Shown: one piece after another, positions 7,510-16,621 of the stretch
Layout of the letters: each line of letters opens with the position of its first letter
How positions within the stretch are numbered: the stretch's first letter is position 1
Translations under genes and position numbers: made by a program
Assembly (NCBI GenBank): GCA_035390665.1
Contig: DAOOUC010000009.1
Span: 1 to 26,063, forward strand
DNA length: 26,063 bases
Source of the DNA: an archaeon
GTDB lineage: Archaea > Iainarchaeota > Iainarchaeia > Iainarchaeales > CSSED10-239
Reading direction: 5' to 3'
The notes under the pieces: generated by a model
Seen by the model: only the letters and a program-made list of their open reading frames with translations
Told to the model about the DNA's origin: nothing
The model's database searches: none

Positions 7510-7983
7510 ATGCAAATTTTTATTCTTGATAAAGGTCCGATTAAAGCTGCAAAAATGCTTTGTGATAAACACGTTGTTAAGATGATTGTTGAATCTGCTC
7601 AAATTCTTTCAACAGTTCATCATCTTTTTGATTCTAAACATAAACATTTAGTTTACAAGAAAACACATGAAAGACATCCTTGCGTTATTTGGGCAGGTAC
7701 ATCAAAACAAAACTATTTGTGGCTTTTAGAACACCTTCATGCTTTGATTGAAGAATATGAATATAGATATAATAAGAAACATAAAACCACAGAAATAAAA
7801 AAAATATTAGAAAATTATCCTAAAAATATTCCTGATATTGGATTAACTCCATTTGCTCAAGCAATTCCTGAAGAATATAGACAAAAAAATGCAGTTAAAG
7901 CCTATAGAGAATTCTATAAAAAAGAAAAAAGTCATTTTGCCAAATGGACAAAAAGAGAATCACCTATTTGGTTTTTAGAATAG
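7510..7983 (+). CDS. Conserved protein of unknown function (157 aa)
   Basis: The N-terminal pattern 'IFILD..P.KAAKMLCDKHVVKMIVESAQILSTVHH ... HPCVIWAG.S..NYLWLLEH..AL.EEYEYRY.KKHK' is one I recognise as recurring in bacterial, phage and viral genomes. I cannot name the family or its function with confidence. Confidence 0.6.
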   Translation: MQIFILDKGPIKAAKMLCDKHVVKMIVESAQILSTVHHLFDSKHKHLVYKKTHERHPCVIWAGTSKQNYLWLLEHLHALIEEYEYRYNKKHKTTEIKKILENYPKNIPDIGLTPFAQAIPEEYRQKNAVKAYREFYKKEKSHFAKWTKRESPIWFLE

Positions 7984-7986
7984 AAA

Positions 7987-8985
7987 TTATCTTCTAATTT
8001 TTCTATTACTTTTATCAAAAATATTTCCTACAATTTCTTCTAAGATATCTTCTATTGTTACAAGACCTAAGACGTCTCCTTTTTTATCAACAACAATAGC
8101 CATTAACACTGATTTATCTTCAAATTCATATAGAAGATCGCCTATCTCTTTATCAGGCAAAACAAATTCAACAGTTCTAGTTATGTCTTTTATTAAAGAA
8201 TCTGCTTTTTTATCCTTGATTGCTTTTAAGACATCATCAACATCTACAATTCCAATAATATTGTCTTCTTCTTCAATATAAACTGGATATCTTGAATGAG
8301 ATTTTCTAACAATAAAATCAATTGCAGAATCTATTTTTAATTGACCATCAATCAAATGCACCTTTTCAAAAGGAGTCATTATTTTTGTAACTTTTGTGTC
8401 TTCAAAATCAAGAACTTTATGCATAATTCTTGCGACTTCTTTACTAATTATACCTTCTTCTTTTCCAAGAGTTAGAATAATTCTTAATTCTTCTTCAGAT
8501 ATTGTTTGTTTCTTTTTGGTTTTAAATACTTTATTTATAAGATTAGATAATTGAGTAAATAACCAAATTATTGGGAAAAAAACAATAGACAAATAATATA
8601 TAGGTGCTGCCAAAACTAAAGAAATATCTTCATGGTGTTGAACAGCCAAAAGCTTTGGAAGAATCTCTCCAAAAGTTAAAATAACAATTGTCATAACTAT
8701 TGCAGAATATGCCATTCCTGCTAATCCAAAAACTTGTATAAATAATGCCGTAGCAATTGCTGTAGCAAATATGTTTACTAAATTGTTTCCAACAAGAATT
8801 GTAATAATTAAATTGTGTGGTTTTTGTTTTAATTTGTATAATATTACAGAACCAGGCCTATTTTTTTTTAATAATGCTTTAACTTTTACCATGTGTGTAG
8901 ACATTAGCGCAGTTTCTGCTGCAGAAAATAGTGCTGACAAAATTATTAAGAAAAATAAAAGTAATAAATAACTAATAGTTTGCAT
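7987..8985 (-). CDS. CNNM/DUF21 plus CBS-pair membrane protein (HlyC/CorC-type putative divalent-cation transporter), without the C-terminal CorC_HlyC domain
   Basis: N-terminal membrane domain with 'SALFSAAETALMS' and 'GEILPK', then a CBS pair ('IMTPFEKVHLID...', 'RYPVYIEEEDNIIGIVDVDDVL', 'MAIVVDKKGDVLGLVTIEDILEEIVG'). The ORF ends right after the second CBS. Confidence 0.85.
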   Translation of the reverse strand: MQTISYLLLLFFLIILSALFSAAETALMSTHMVKVKALLKKNRPGSVILYKLKQKPHNLIITILVGNNLVNIFATAIATALFIQVFGLAGMAYSAIVMTIVILTFGEILPKLLAVQHHEDISLVLAAPIYYLSIVFFPIIWLFTQLSNLINKVFKTKKKQTISEEELRIILTLGKEEGIISKEVARIMHKVLDFEDTKVTKIMTPFEKVHLIDGQLKIDSAIDFIVRKSHSRYPVYIEEEDNIIGIVDVDDVLKAIKDKKADSLIKDITRTVEFVLPDKEIGDLLYEFEDKSVLMAIVVDKKGDVLGLVTIEDILEEIVGNIFDKSNRKIRR

Positions 8986-9042
8986 AGATTATAACAACTC
9001 TTTACTGTGTGAGTTCTTCACAAAAATTATAAAAAAGAGAAT

Positions 9043-9555
9043 TTAAGCAACGCCAATATACATTCTTATTCTCTGTTTAATTTTTAGAATATTATCTAAA
9101 TAAATATTTAATTTTTTTTCAATTAAACTCATTTGTTCTTCTGCATCTTTTATTTGCCCTGCAACAAAGAAACTTTCAGAACCTAAGCCATTATATTTTA
9201 ATAGTTCTTTTCTTAAGTCTAAATATTCTTTTAAAGTATAATAATATGCTGTGTAATTTTCATATAATCTATTAAATAAAACTCTTGTTGTATCGTCTTT
9301 GAAAAATCTTCTGCCGTCTATTTCAAAATAATTTTTTGTTTTTGCACCAAGACTATTATTATTTACAACATTGTTTACTGTTTCTAAATGTTCTTCAATC
9401 CATTCTGTGTTTTTAGATCTAAAATCACATCTTTTTATTACAGCAGAATCAGACATCTTTTTTGTTTCTTTAACAATTGATTCATCAATTTCTACTTCTT
9501 CGCCACCTGAAATTTTTTTAAATATTTTTTTAAGAACTGTTATCATTTTAGTCAC
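9043..9555 (-). CDS. Orphan 170-aa protein, no recognisable motifs
   Basis: ORF only. The track start at 9555 is GTG and an in-frame ATG is at 9546. A TATA-like TTTTATATAA lies on the minus strand (plus coordinates 9574-9583). Predicted soluble, helical C-terminal half. Confidence 0.45.
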   Translation of the reverse strand: MTKMITVLKKIFKKISGGEEVEIDESIVKETKKMSDSAVIKRCDFRSKNTEWIEEHLETVNNVVNNNSLGAKTKNYFEIDGRRFFKDDTTRVLFNRLYENYTAYYYTLKEYLDLRKELLKYNGLGSESFFVAGQIKDAEEQMSLIEKKLNIYLDNILKIKQRIRMYIGVA

Positions 9556-9684
9556 CTATTTTTTCCATAAATATTATATAAAAGTATATATATTTAGGCA
9601 ATAGGATTTAAATTCTTATCTTTAAGTAAAAAATAGGTAAAAATTTAAATAAAATCAGTAACTGTCTCTGTTTTCGGGTAAAAT

Positions 9685-10218
9685 TTAGAACAAAAACTTA
9701 GTTACTAATTTTTCTTTTTTAATAATTTGTCTTAATTGTGTTGTTAATTTCTCTGGAGATATAGATATTACATTAAAATCACAAATTCTATTCCAACCAA
9801 CATCTCCTTTATATCTTGGAAGAACATGGAAATGAAGATGATTTATACTTTCTCCTGCAATTCTTCCTATACTACAACCAATATTGTATCCTTCTGGTTT
9901 CATAAATAAATCCAAGGAATAAACAGAAAGATCTATTAAGTTAAATAATTCTTTTCTTTCAATACTTGTAAGTTCTGTTATTTGATTTATGTGTCTTTTA
10001 GGAATAATAAGTAAATGGCCTGCAGAATAAGGATATTTATTTGCTTGAATAAAACATTTTTTTGTTTCTAATATTTGTAAATCTTTTTCTACTTTGCAAA
10101 AAGGACAAACATTAGAATCTTTTGTTTTTTCTTTTTCTTCGCTTGTTTTTGTAACATATTCTTGTCTCCAAGGAGCATACAATGATTTACATCTATCTTT
10201 TACAATCATATTATTCAT
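9685..10218 (-). CDS. HIT-family nucleotide hydrolase/transferase (Ap4A-phosphorylase-like branch)
   Basis: Histidine triad 'HLHFHVLPR', N-terminal 'LYAPWRQEYV' and a 'CPFC' element. Confidence 0.85.
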   Translation of the reverse strand: MNNMIVKDRCKSLYAPWRQEYVTKTSEEKEKTKDSNVCPFCKVEKDLQILETKKCFIQANKYPYSAGHLLIIPKRHINQITELTSIERKELFNLIDLSVYSLDLFMKPEGYNIGCSIGRIAGESINHLHFHVLPRYKGDVGWNRICDFNVISISPEKLTTQLRQIIKKEKLVTKFLF

Positions 10219-10373
10219 TCTTTATTAAATTTGTAAATAAAAACCGTAATTAATGCACCAATTGCAACACCAGCAGAAAACCACGCATTTAATAGTGTAG
10301 TAAATATTAGAAAAATTGCAATAAATATTGAAAAAATTTCATCTTTTGTTAGTTTTTTATTTTTTGGTTTCAT
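10215..10373 (-). CDS. Unlisted 52-aa single-pass membrane miniprotein (MKPKNKKLTKDEIFSIFIAIFLIFTTLLNAWFSAGVAIGALITVFIYKFNKE)
   Basis: Hand translation. The ATG at 10373 is 9 nt after the MetRS stop. Its TGA (10217..10215) overlaps the HIT ATG (10218..10216) as ATGA. Basic N-terminus followed by about 33 hydrophobic residues. Confidence 0.4.
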   Translation of the reverse strand: MKPKNKKLTKDEIFSIFIAIFLIFTTLLNAWFSAGVAIGALITVFIYKFNKE

Positions 10374-10381
10374 ATTGTTTC

Positions 10382-11983
10382 TTATTTAAATTGATCCTTT
10401 TCTGTCTCTTCTAATTTTCTAAACAGAATTTCTGGCTTATTTATTTTCTTTGAAGAAATATCTATTTCTATTTTTTTATTATCTGTGTTTAATAATTTCA
10501 ATATCTTTTCAGAAGACTCTGGTAATATTGGACTAAAGTATATAGATAATAATCTTATGATTTCTAAACAATAATTTAATACATCTGTATCTCCTGATTT
10601 CCAAGGCTCTTTTTCATTAAGATACCTATTTCCAATATCTGATAATTTTAATAAATCATATAGAGCAAACCTTAATTCACAAGAATCATAGAAATCATCT
10701 ATTTTTCTTATAGACTCTAATATCTCTTTTTCTAATTCTGGATTTCTTTCTTTTATTTCTGGTACTTCTCCATTTAGTTTATTATATACAAAATTAAGAA
10801 CCCTATTAACAAAGTTCCCATAATTTCCAATTAGTTCTTTATTTACTCTATCAAAGAATTCATCAAGCATAAACTCTGAATCTTTTGTTTCTGGGAGAAT
10901 GTATGTTAAATAAAATCTCCAATATTCTATAGGAATATTACTTTTTACTGCTGTATCTGCAAAAATTCCAATGCCTTTACTTTTTGAAAATTTTTGTTTT
11001 TCAAAATTCATATATTGTAATCCAATTACATTTTTTGGAAGAACAAGTTTTCCTTGGCCAATTATTTGACCTGGCCAAAAGATTGTATGGAATGGAATAT
11101 TATCTTTTCCTAAGAAATAATAAGTTTCTGTTTTTTTATCTTGCCAAAGTTTTAAACCCTCATCTCCAAGTAATTCTACTGTTCCTGAAACATAACCAAT
11201 AACATTATCAAACCAAACATAAAATACTTTATCATCATATCCTTTTATTGGAATCTTGACTCCCCAGGTTAAATCTCTTGTTATACATCTTTCTTGAATC
11301 CCTTGCTTTATCCAACCCTTGGCTAATGCTTTTACTTGTTGTCTTATATTTGGATTTTCATCAATCCATTTTTCTATATCTTTTGATAATTCTCGTAAAT
11401 CAAGAAATAAGTGTTTTGTTTTTTTAAAAATAATCTCTTTACTTTTACAAGTTGTACAAAATGGTTTTACAAGTTCTATTGGATCCAAGACTGAACCACA
11501 ATGTTCACATTGATCTCCATTTGCCTTTTCATAACCGCATTTTGGACAAGTGCCTGTAATATATCTATCTGCTAATCCTTTTTTACAACTATTACAATAT
11601 GGAATTTCTATTTCCTTTTCTGTAATACATTTATTTTTATAAAGATCTAAGAAAAAATCTTGAACAAGTTTATGATGGATGTCTCTAGATGTTCTTGAAA
11701 AATTATCATAGCTTATTAAGAAATCAGAATATAATTTTTTATGAATCTCATAATAATAATCACACAATTCTCTTGGAGTTATGCCTTTTTGTTGGGCCGC
11801 AAATTCAGTTGCTGTTCCGTGTTCGTCTGTTCCACCTATAAATATTACCTTATGACCCTTTAGTCTAGAATATCTTGCAAAAATATCCGCTGGAAGATGA
11901 CTTCCAATAATGTTTCCTAAATGTGGAGAACTATTTACAAATGGTAATGCTGAGGTTATTATTCTTGTACTCATAAATATCAT
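10382..11983 (-). CDS. metG: Methionyl-tRNA synthetase (core enzyme, no C-terminal tRNA-binding appendage)
   Basis: 'ALPFVNSSPHLGNIIG' (HIGH region), four CxxC knuckles ('CNSC','CPKC','CEHC','CTTC'), 'KFSKSKG' (KMSKS), and 'WGVKIP', 'VWFDNVIGY'. An alternative ATG is at 11974. Confidence 0.95.
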   Translation of the reverse strand: MIFMSTRIITSALPFVNSSPHLGNIIGSHLPADIFARYSRLKGHKVIFIGGTDEHGTATEFAAQQKGITPRELCDYYYEIHKKLYSDFLISYDNFSRTSRDIHHKLVQDFFLDLYKNKCITEKEIEIPYCNSCKKGLADRYITGTCPKCGYEKANGDQCEHCGSVLDPIELVKPFCTTCKSKEIIFKKTKHLFLDLRELSKDIEKWIDENPNIRQQVKALAKGWIKQGIQERCITRDLTWGVKIPIKGYDDKVFYVWFDNVIGYVSGTVELLGDEGLKLWQDKKTETYYFLGKDNIPFHTIFWPGQIIGQGKLVLPKNVIGLQYMNFEKQKFSKSKGIGIFADTAVKSNIPIEYWRFYLTYILPETKDSEFMLDEFFDRVNKELIGNYGNFVNRVLNFVYNKLNGEVPEIKERNPELEKEILESIRKIDDFYDSCELRFALYDLLKLSDIGNRYLNEKEPWKSGDTDVLNYCLEIIRLLSIYFSPILPESSEKILKLLNTDNKKIEIDISSKKINKPEILFRKLEETEKDQFK

Positions 11984-12023
11984 ATATATTAATAATACAA
12001 AAGAATAAAAAAAGAAATGGTAT

Positions 12024-12716
12024 TTATATAAACTTTAATTTAAAGAACAATAAATAAGATATGGAAACCATTAAAAGATATAATATAGATTTAATTAGAT
12101 TCCAAGAAAGTAAATAATATAAATATTGACTTTTTAATGCTTGACTTGTAAACATCTGTGCAATATATGGAGTCAAGAATGTAAAAAATGAAAACAAAGT
12201 AAATACAGTTTCAATAACAAAAACAATTAAAACTATCTTAAATATTGTTTTTATAACTTTTTTAAACTGGAGATTGTGTTTTGCAGACTCTAATCCCATA
12301 TATACAAATGCCCCAATGTTTATACACAATAAAACAATTGAAAACATTAAGAAAAATAAACTATCTTTTGCTAAGTTTACATAATAGGGATTAAGATTAC
12401 TGTATACTGCGAATTGTAAAGAAAAATCCAAAATTAATGTAACAAATAATAAAACAAAAGGAACCCATAAATAATTATAATATCCGTCTTTAGAAAAGAT
12501 AGACTGTATAAATGTAGAATTATTTTTTTGAGAATCTAATTTTGGTGCCCTTAAATAATATTCTGTTTGAGCAGGAATTGTTTCTTTAACAAATCCGTTT
12601 CTATTTGGTTTATCTGCTTTATTTTTGGTTATGTGTGGTGTTATCTTTTTTGTTCGCTTAACGTTTTTATTATCATATCTATTATTTGGATATTTATTTG
12701 TTCTTTTTACAGGCAT
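12024..12716 (-). CDS. Polytopic membrane protein with a long basic N-terminal tail (230 aa), function unknown
   Basis: About 60 Lys/Arg/Asn-rich residues, then 4-5 hydrophobic segments. No catalytic motif recognised. Confidence 0.5.
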   Translation of the reverse strand: MPVKRTNKYPNNRYDNKNVKRTKKITPHITKNKADKPNRNGFVKETIPAQTEYYLRAPKLDSQKNNSTFIQSIFSKDGYYNYLWVPFVLLFVTLILDFSLQFAVYSNLNPYYVNLAKDSLFFLMFSIVLLCINIGAFVYMGLESAKHNLQFKKVIKTIFKIVLIVFVIETVFTLFSFFTFLTPYIAQMFTSQALKSQYLYYLLSWNLIKSILYLLMVSISYLLFFKLKFI

Positions 12717-12759
12717 TTAATCACACTTATTTTTATTTTATCTAATATTATATTAATAA

Positions 12760-14712
12760 TTAATGTTTAATAAGCTTTTGTTTTTCCAAAAACTCATTTA
12801 ATTTTGATTTTACAACTTCATTTGCTTTAGAGCCATCAACAAGCCCATTTGTTTTTGCCATTAGTCTGCCCATTAATAAACTTTGGGCTCTTTCTTGTAG
12901 TTGTATAATCTTGTCTTTATTTTCTTCAATTATTTCATCCATTATCTTTTCTAAATCTAATGATTCCATTTTTGAGAAAATCTTTAGATCGTCAATAACA
13001 TCTTCAATTGATTTTTCAGAATTCATAAAATCAATAAATACTTCTTTTATTTTTGTTTTTGGAACCTCATTAAATTTTTCATAAGAAAAGAAATAAATTA
13101 AATCTTCTGCAAAAACATTATCTATAATTATTGATCCTTCTCTTGCCCAAGTAATCAAGTCTTCTAGCATAAAGACTGCAACTTGTGTTGGATTTAGGTT
13201 CTTATTTACTTTTATAATTTTTTCAAAAGTTACAGCATAATTATCAAGAACCATTTTTTCAATCAACTGATTGCTTAATCCAAATGTTGAATATAGTTTT
13301 TTCCTTTCTTCAACTGAAAGAGGCATTTCTTTCTTTGCATTGTCTAGTATTTCTTTTGTAAAATAAATTGGTAGAAGATCTGTTTCAGGATACATTCTTG
13401 CACCACCAATTGATAATGGCCTTTGATATTCTGTGTTTCCTTCTGGTGTTACAATTCTTGTTTCTTTTGGTATTCCTTTTAATAATTCATTTAATCTTTC
13501 TTGTATTGTTTCTTTTACTTTTGTTATTTCTTCTGAAAAACACATAACTAGAATAAAACCATCATTTTCTGTTAGTTTTAAATTTTGTTTAACAGCATTA
13601 ACTTCATTTTGAGTAATTCCATAATTTGGAAGTTCATCGCTGTGGAATAATCCTTTTAAACTTGTTTTTACTTTTAAGATACTTGAGATTTCTGTTCCAA
13701 CTCTTCTGTTTGGTTGAACCTCATAACCAATAATTCCTTTCATATTTGGTATTAAAAAACCAAAGATTTGTTTTTTAGAATCTAGAGAAGATCTAACTGC
13801 TTTTGATTCTGTGTTTTTGAAAATGTCTGAAAGATTTTTTTCTTTTAAGGTAAAATTTTTAATATTTTTTTTCTCAAGTTCTTTTTTTACTTCTAAAAGA
13901 CTTAATTGTCTTTGTATTTCTCTTCTTATAATTTCTGGAATCAAGTCTAGTTCTTGACAGCCTTTAATTTCTGTTCTATTTCCGTTTTTTATTGAAACAT
14001 TAATATCTTGACGAATGGATCCTAGGCCTCTCTTGGCTTTGCCGGTGATTCTAAATATTTGTCCAATATTTCGTGCAACTGTTTTAACATCTTCTGGGGT
14101 GTGCATATCATGCCAAACAACTAATTCTATTAATGGTATTCCAAGTCTATCTAAAGAATAAATGCTTTCAGTTTCTGTTTTTTCTATAGCTCTTGCTGAA
14201 TCTTCTTCTAGAAGAATTTTATCAATTCTTACTTTCCCAAAATCAAAATCAAGATAACCATCAGTTGAAATCATTGTTGTTCTTTGAAATCCTGAAACAT
14301 TTGAACCATCAATAACTTGTTTTCTCATAATTATAGATTTATCAACTAATTTACTGTTTGTTAGATTTGAGACAATAATTGCTGTTCTTAAAGCATCTGG
14401 ATTTGTTCTGATTGGTGGTTGACAGTCGGCTTCTACTAAACAGTTACAATCATTATAGAAATAATAAACATAAGTTTTGTCTTTTTTGTGCTCAGAAACT
14501 GCAGTTAGATCTAGTTCTCCTGATTCTGAATAAACAGGTCTTAGTTTTCTTTTTATTATTCTATCTGGCTTTGTTCCGTCTTTTATCATCTTTGATTTAC
14601 ATTTACAGAAAAGTTTTCCTGTGTCTAGTTGTTGGTGTAATTCTAAACCACAGCAAAGGCCTACTTCTTTATAATCAATTGCATCAATATTTATTTTATT
14701 CATTGGAATCAT
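12760..14712 (-). CDS. gatE: Glutamyl-tRNA(Gln) amidotransferase subunit E (archaeal)
   Basis: 'GLCCGLELHQQLDTGKLFCKC', 'LVEADCQPP', 'QRTTMISTDG', 'EEDSAR', 'RQDINVSI' and 'MYPETD' are typical GatE/GatB-fold motifs. Length and position after gatD fit. Confidence 0.95.
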   Translation of the reverse strand: MIPMNKINIDAIDYKEVGLCCGLELHQQLDTGKLFCKCKSKMIKDGTKPDRIIKRKLRPVYSESGELDLTAVSEHKKDKTYVYYFYNDCNCLVEADCQPPIRTNPDALRTAIIVSNLTNSKLVDKSIIMRKQVIDGSNVSGFQRTTMISTDGYLDFDFGKVRIDKILLEEDSARAIEKTETESIYSLDRLGIPLIELVVWHDMHTPEDVKTVARNIGQIFRITGKAKRGLGSIRQDINVSIKNGNRTEIKGCQELDLIPEIIRREIQRQLSLLEVKKELEKKNIKNFTLKEKNLSDIFKNTESKAVRSSLDSKKQIFGFLIPNMKGIIGYEVQPNRRVGTEISSILKVKTSLKGLFHSDELPNYGITQNEVNAVKQNLKLTENDGFILVMCFSEEITKVKETIQERLNELLKGIPKETRIVTPEGNTEYQRPLSIGGARMYPETDLLPIYFTKEILDNAKKEMPLSVEERKKLYSTFGLSNQLIEKMVLDNYAVTFEKIIKVNKNLNPTQVAVFMLEDLITWAREGSIIIDNVFAEDLIYFFSYEKFNEVPKTKIKEVFIDFMNSEKSIEDVIDDLKIFSKMESLDLEKIMDEIIEENKDKIIQLQERAQSLLMGRLMAKTNGLVDGSKANEVVKSKLNEFLEKQKLIKH

Positions 14713-14715
14713 TCC

Positions 14716-16068
14716 TTAAATATCAAAATTATCAAAACTTTCTGGAATTTCTTTTTTTGAAATTTCTCCAGCTATGTTTTTTTCCATGTATTTTATTATA
14801 TCTTCTTTTGTTTTAAATCTTGAAAGAGCAACACTTAGTTTTAGATATGTAACTTCTGGTAACATGTCATGTTGGTCAAGATAACAGCCTCCTGCTTCTT
14901 GAACATATCTTAAATTTGCATAGACATTTCCATTTACTCTTCCAAATAAACACTGGGTGGTTATAATTACAATTATTCCTTTCTCTGTTGCTTTCTTAAT
15001 ATATGGGACCCAGCTTTTCTTCTTATCAAAGGATTTATCGTTTCCACCCATTCCTGTTGGGCAATGTCCAAGTCCTGTGCCTTCTATTACTATTCCTTTA
15101 TAGCCTTTCTTAATATACCACTCTATGATTTTTGGATCACTATTTGGATAAGCCTTAACAATTGCAACATTGTCTGAGAAATCAATAAATAGTTTTGGCT
15201 CTATTCTTGGTCTTACAATCAATTGCCTTTTGTCTTTTAAATATTCTATCTTTCCATTTTGATAAACCTTTGCTATTGGGAAATCATTAATTGCTCTAAA
15301 AGAATCCCTTCTAGAAGAATGCATTTTTCTACATTTTGTTGCTCTTATTACATTACAGAAATCATCACTAATTGAACCATGCATCATTGTGTAAATTCCA
15401 GGAACTTCTTCTTTAATAAATTGAGCAGCACATATTAGATTCATTGCTCCATCAAAACTAGCCCTGTCTGGAGACCTCTGTGCGCCAACTAAGATTATTG
15501 GTTTGTTTATATTTTCAATCATAAAAGAAAGAACTGTTCCTGTCCAGGTTAAAGTATCTGTTCCGTGAGAGATTATTATTCCTTTAATTTCTGGGTTAAT
15601 CAATTGCTCATAAACTTTCTCTGCAATCTTTTGCCAATCTTTATAACCTAAATCTTCGCTTCCTTTCATAGCTACAGGTTGTATATTTTTAATATTAACA
15701 ATTTCAAGAAGTTCAGGAACTGTTGAAATTATTTCTTCAGGAGTTCTTGACATACTTACTCCGCCAGTCTTATAATCAACATGAGTTCCAATTGTTCCCC
15801 CTGTTGAAACTAAAGAAATTGCTGGGAGTGCTTCATTTTGTTTAATTATAATCTTTTGTTTTTTTCCTAAATTTTTCTTTTCATTTTCTATTTCTATTTT
15901 TGTGTCTTTATCGGTAGTTACTCCAATATTATAACCATTATCTAAAAGTTTAAGAGTTAGTTCTTGTTGTTTGTTTTTTTCAATAACCTTTACAAGATAA
16001 CCTTTATAGCTTATGTTGTTTTTAATAACAGTAATTAGTTTCCCTCTATCTTTTTCAGACACAATCAT
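14716..16068 (-). CDS. gatD: Glutamyl-tRNA(Gln) amidotransferase subunit D (asparaginase-like)
   Basis: Asparaginase motifs 'STGGTIG' and 'HGTDTL', with the archaeal N-terminal extra domain. It ends 3 nt before gatE. Minus-strand TTATATAT (plus coordinates 16090-16097) sits about 26 nt from the ATG. Confidence 0.95.
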   Translation of the reverse strand: MIVSEKDRGKLITVIKNNISYKGYLVKVIEKNKQQELTLKLLDNGYNIGVTTDKDTKIEIENEKKNLGKKQKIIIKQNEALPAISLVSTGGTIGTHVDYKTGGVSMSRTPEEIISTVPELLEIVNIKNIQPVAMKGSEDLGYKDWQKIAEKVYEQLINPEIKGIIISHGTDTLTWTGTVLSFMIENINKPIILVGAQRSPDRASFDGAMNLICAAQFIKEEVPGIYTMMHGSISDDFCNVIRATKCRKMHSSRRDSFRAINDFPIAKVYQNGKIEYLKDKRQLIVRPRIEPKLFIDFSDNVAIVKAYPNSDPKIIEWYIKKGYKGIVIEGTGLGHCPTGMGGNDKSFDKKKSWVPYIKKATEKGIIVIITTQCLFGRVNGNVYANLRYVQEAGGCYLDQHDMLPEVTYLKLSVALSRFKTKEDIIKYMEKNIAGEISKKEIPESFDNFDI

Positions 16069-16123
16069 AAATACTCACTTTTCTAAAATATATATAAGAA
16101 AAAGAATATAAAAGCTTAACCAT

Positions 16124-16621
16124 TTAATGTCCAAACTTACTAAATAATATCTTATGGCAAAAATATCTTGTAAGAAACATTAAAAGAGAAGAAATAATAT
16201 TAGCTAAAAGATAACCCATATTATATCTTTCTACAAATATTACTAATATTATTAGATTTAAAATAATTGTAATTATAGATATGCTAAAATATAAAAAAGT
16301 AAACAAACTACTTGCTTTCTTTTGATTTTTCGTTCTTTCTTTTACTATGTATTTTTTATTTAAAAGATAATTTACATAAATTCCTGCAGTTATTCCAACT
16401 CCTGCAGAAAATAAATAAAATAATCCAAGTTCTGTTAAGATTACAAGAATAACAAGATGAACTAAAGTTCCTATTAAACCTAAAGTCGCATACTTAAGAA
16501 ACATTTTATTACTATAAAATATAGAATAACTTGTTAGTTGATAATATACTGAATGAAAGAAATCCGTTTTCTTTTTTGTTAATAAAGTATCTCTAAATGA
16601 TATTTTTTTTCTTTTAAACAT
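16124..16621 (-). CDS. GtrA-like small membrane protein (lipid-linked glycan translocation family)
   Basis: About 4 TM segments with the GtrA-type pattern 'LKYATLGLIGTLVHLVIL...' and a basic loop 'KKYIVKERTKNQKK'. The size is typical of the family. Confidence 0.65.
   Translation of the reverse strand: MFKRKKISFRDTLLTKKKTDFFHSVYYQLTSYSIFYSNKMFLKYATLGLIGTLVHLVILVILTELGLFYLFSAGVGITAGIYVNYLLNKKYIVKERTKNQKKASSLFTFLYFSISIITIILNLIILVIFVERYNMGYLLANIISSLLMFLTRYFCHKILFSKFGH

Noticed and set aside
7245-7983. Integrated mobile element at the tRNA-Gln 3' end.
   Set aside because: There is no integrase or recombinase. I found no direct repeat of the tRNA 3' segment (GGAGTTCGAATCTCC...) downstream in the window. 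It is kept only as a weak possibility within a finding.
9601-9684. Repeated ATAGG...TTTAAAT motifs and a possible hairpin downstream of the HIT gene, as an ncRNA or riboswitch.
   Set aside because: The repeats are short, imperfect and AT-rich. The region is adequately explained as an oligo-T terminator for the HIT operon plus the promoter of the 170-aa gene.
14412-14816. 134-aa plus-strand ORF spanning the gatD/gatE junction. Similar shadow ORFs are 16927-17115, 17221-17445, 17941-18123, 18195-18472, 19148-19369, 19869-20063, 21777-21971, 22402-22653, 22956-23207, 24234-24585 and 25492-25724.
   Set aside because: They are antisense to well-supported enzymes and their translations are repetitive Leu/Phe-rich strings with no motifs. 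I treat them as frame shadows.
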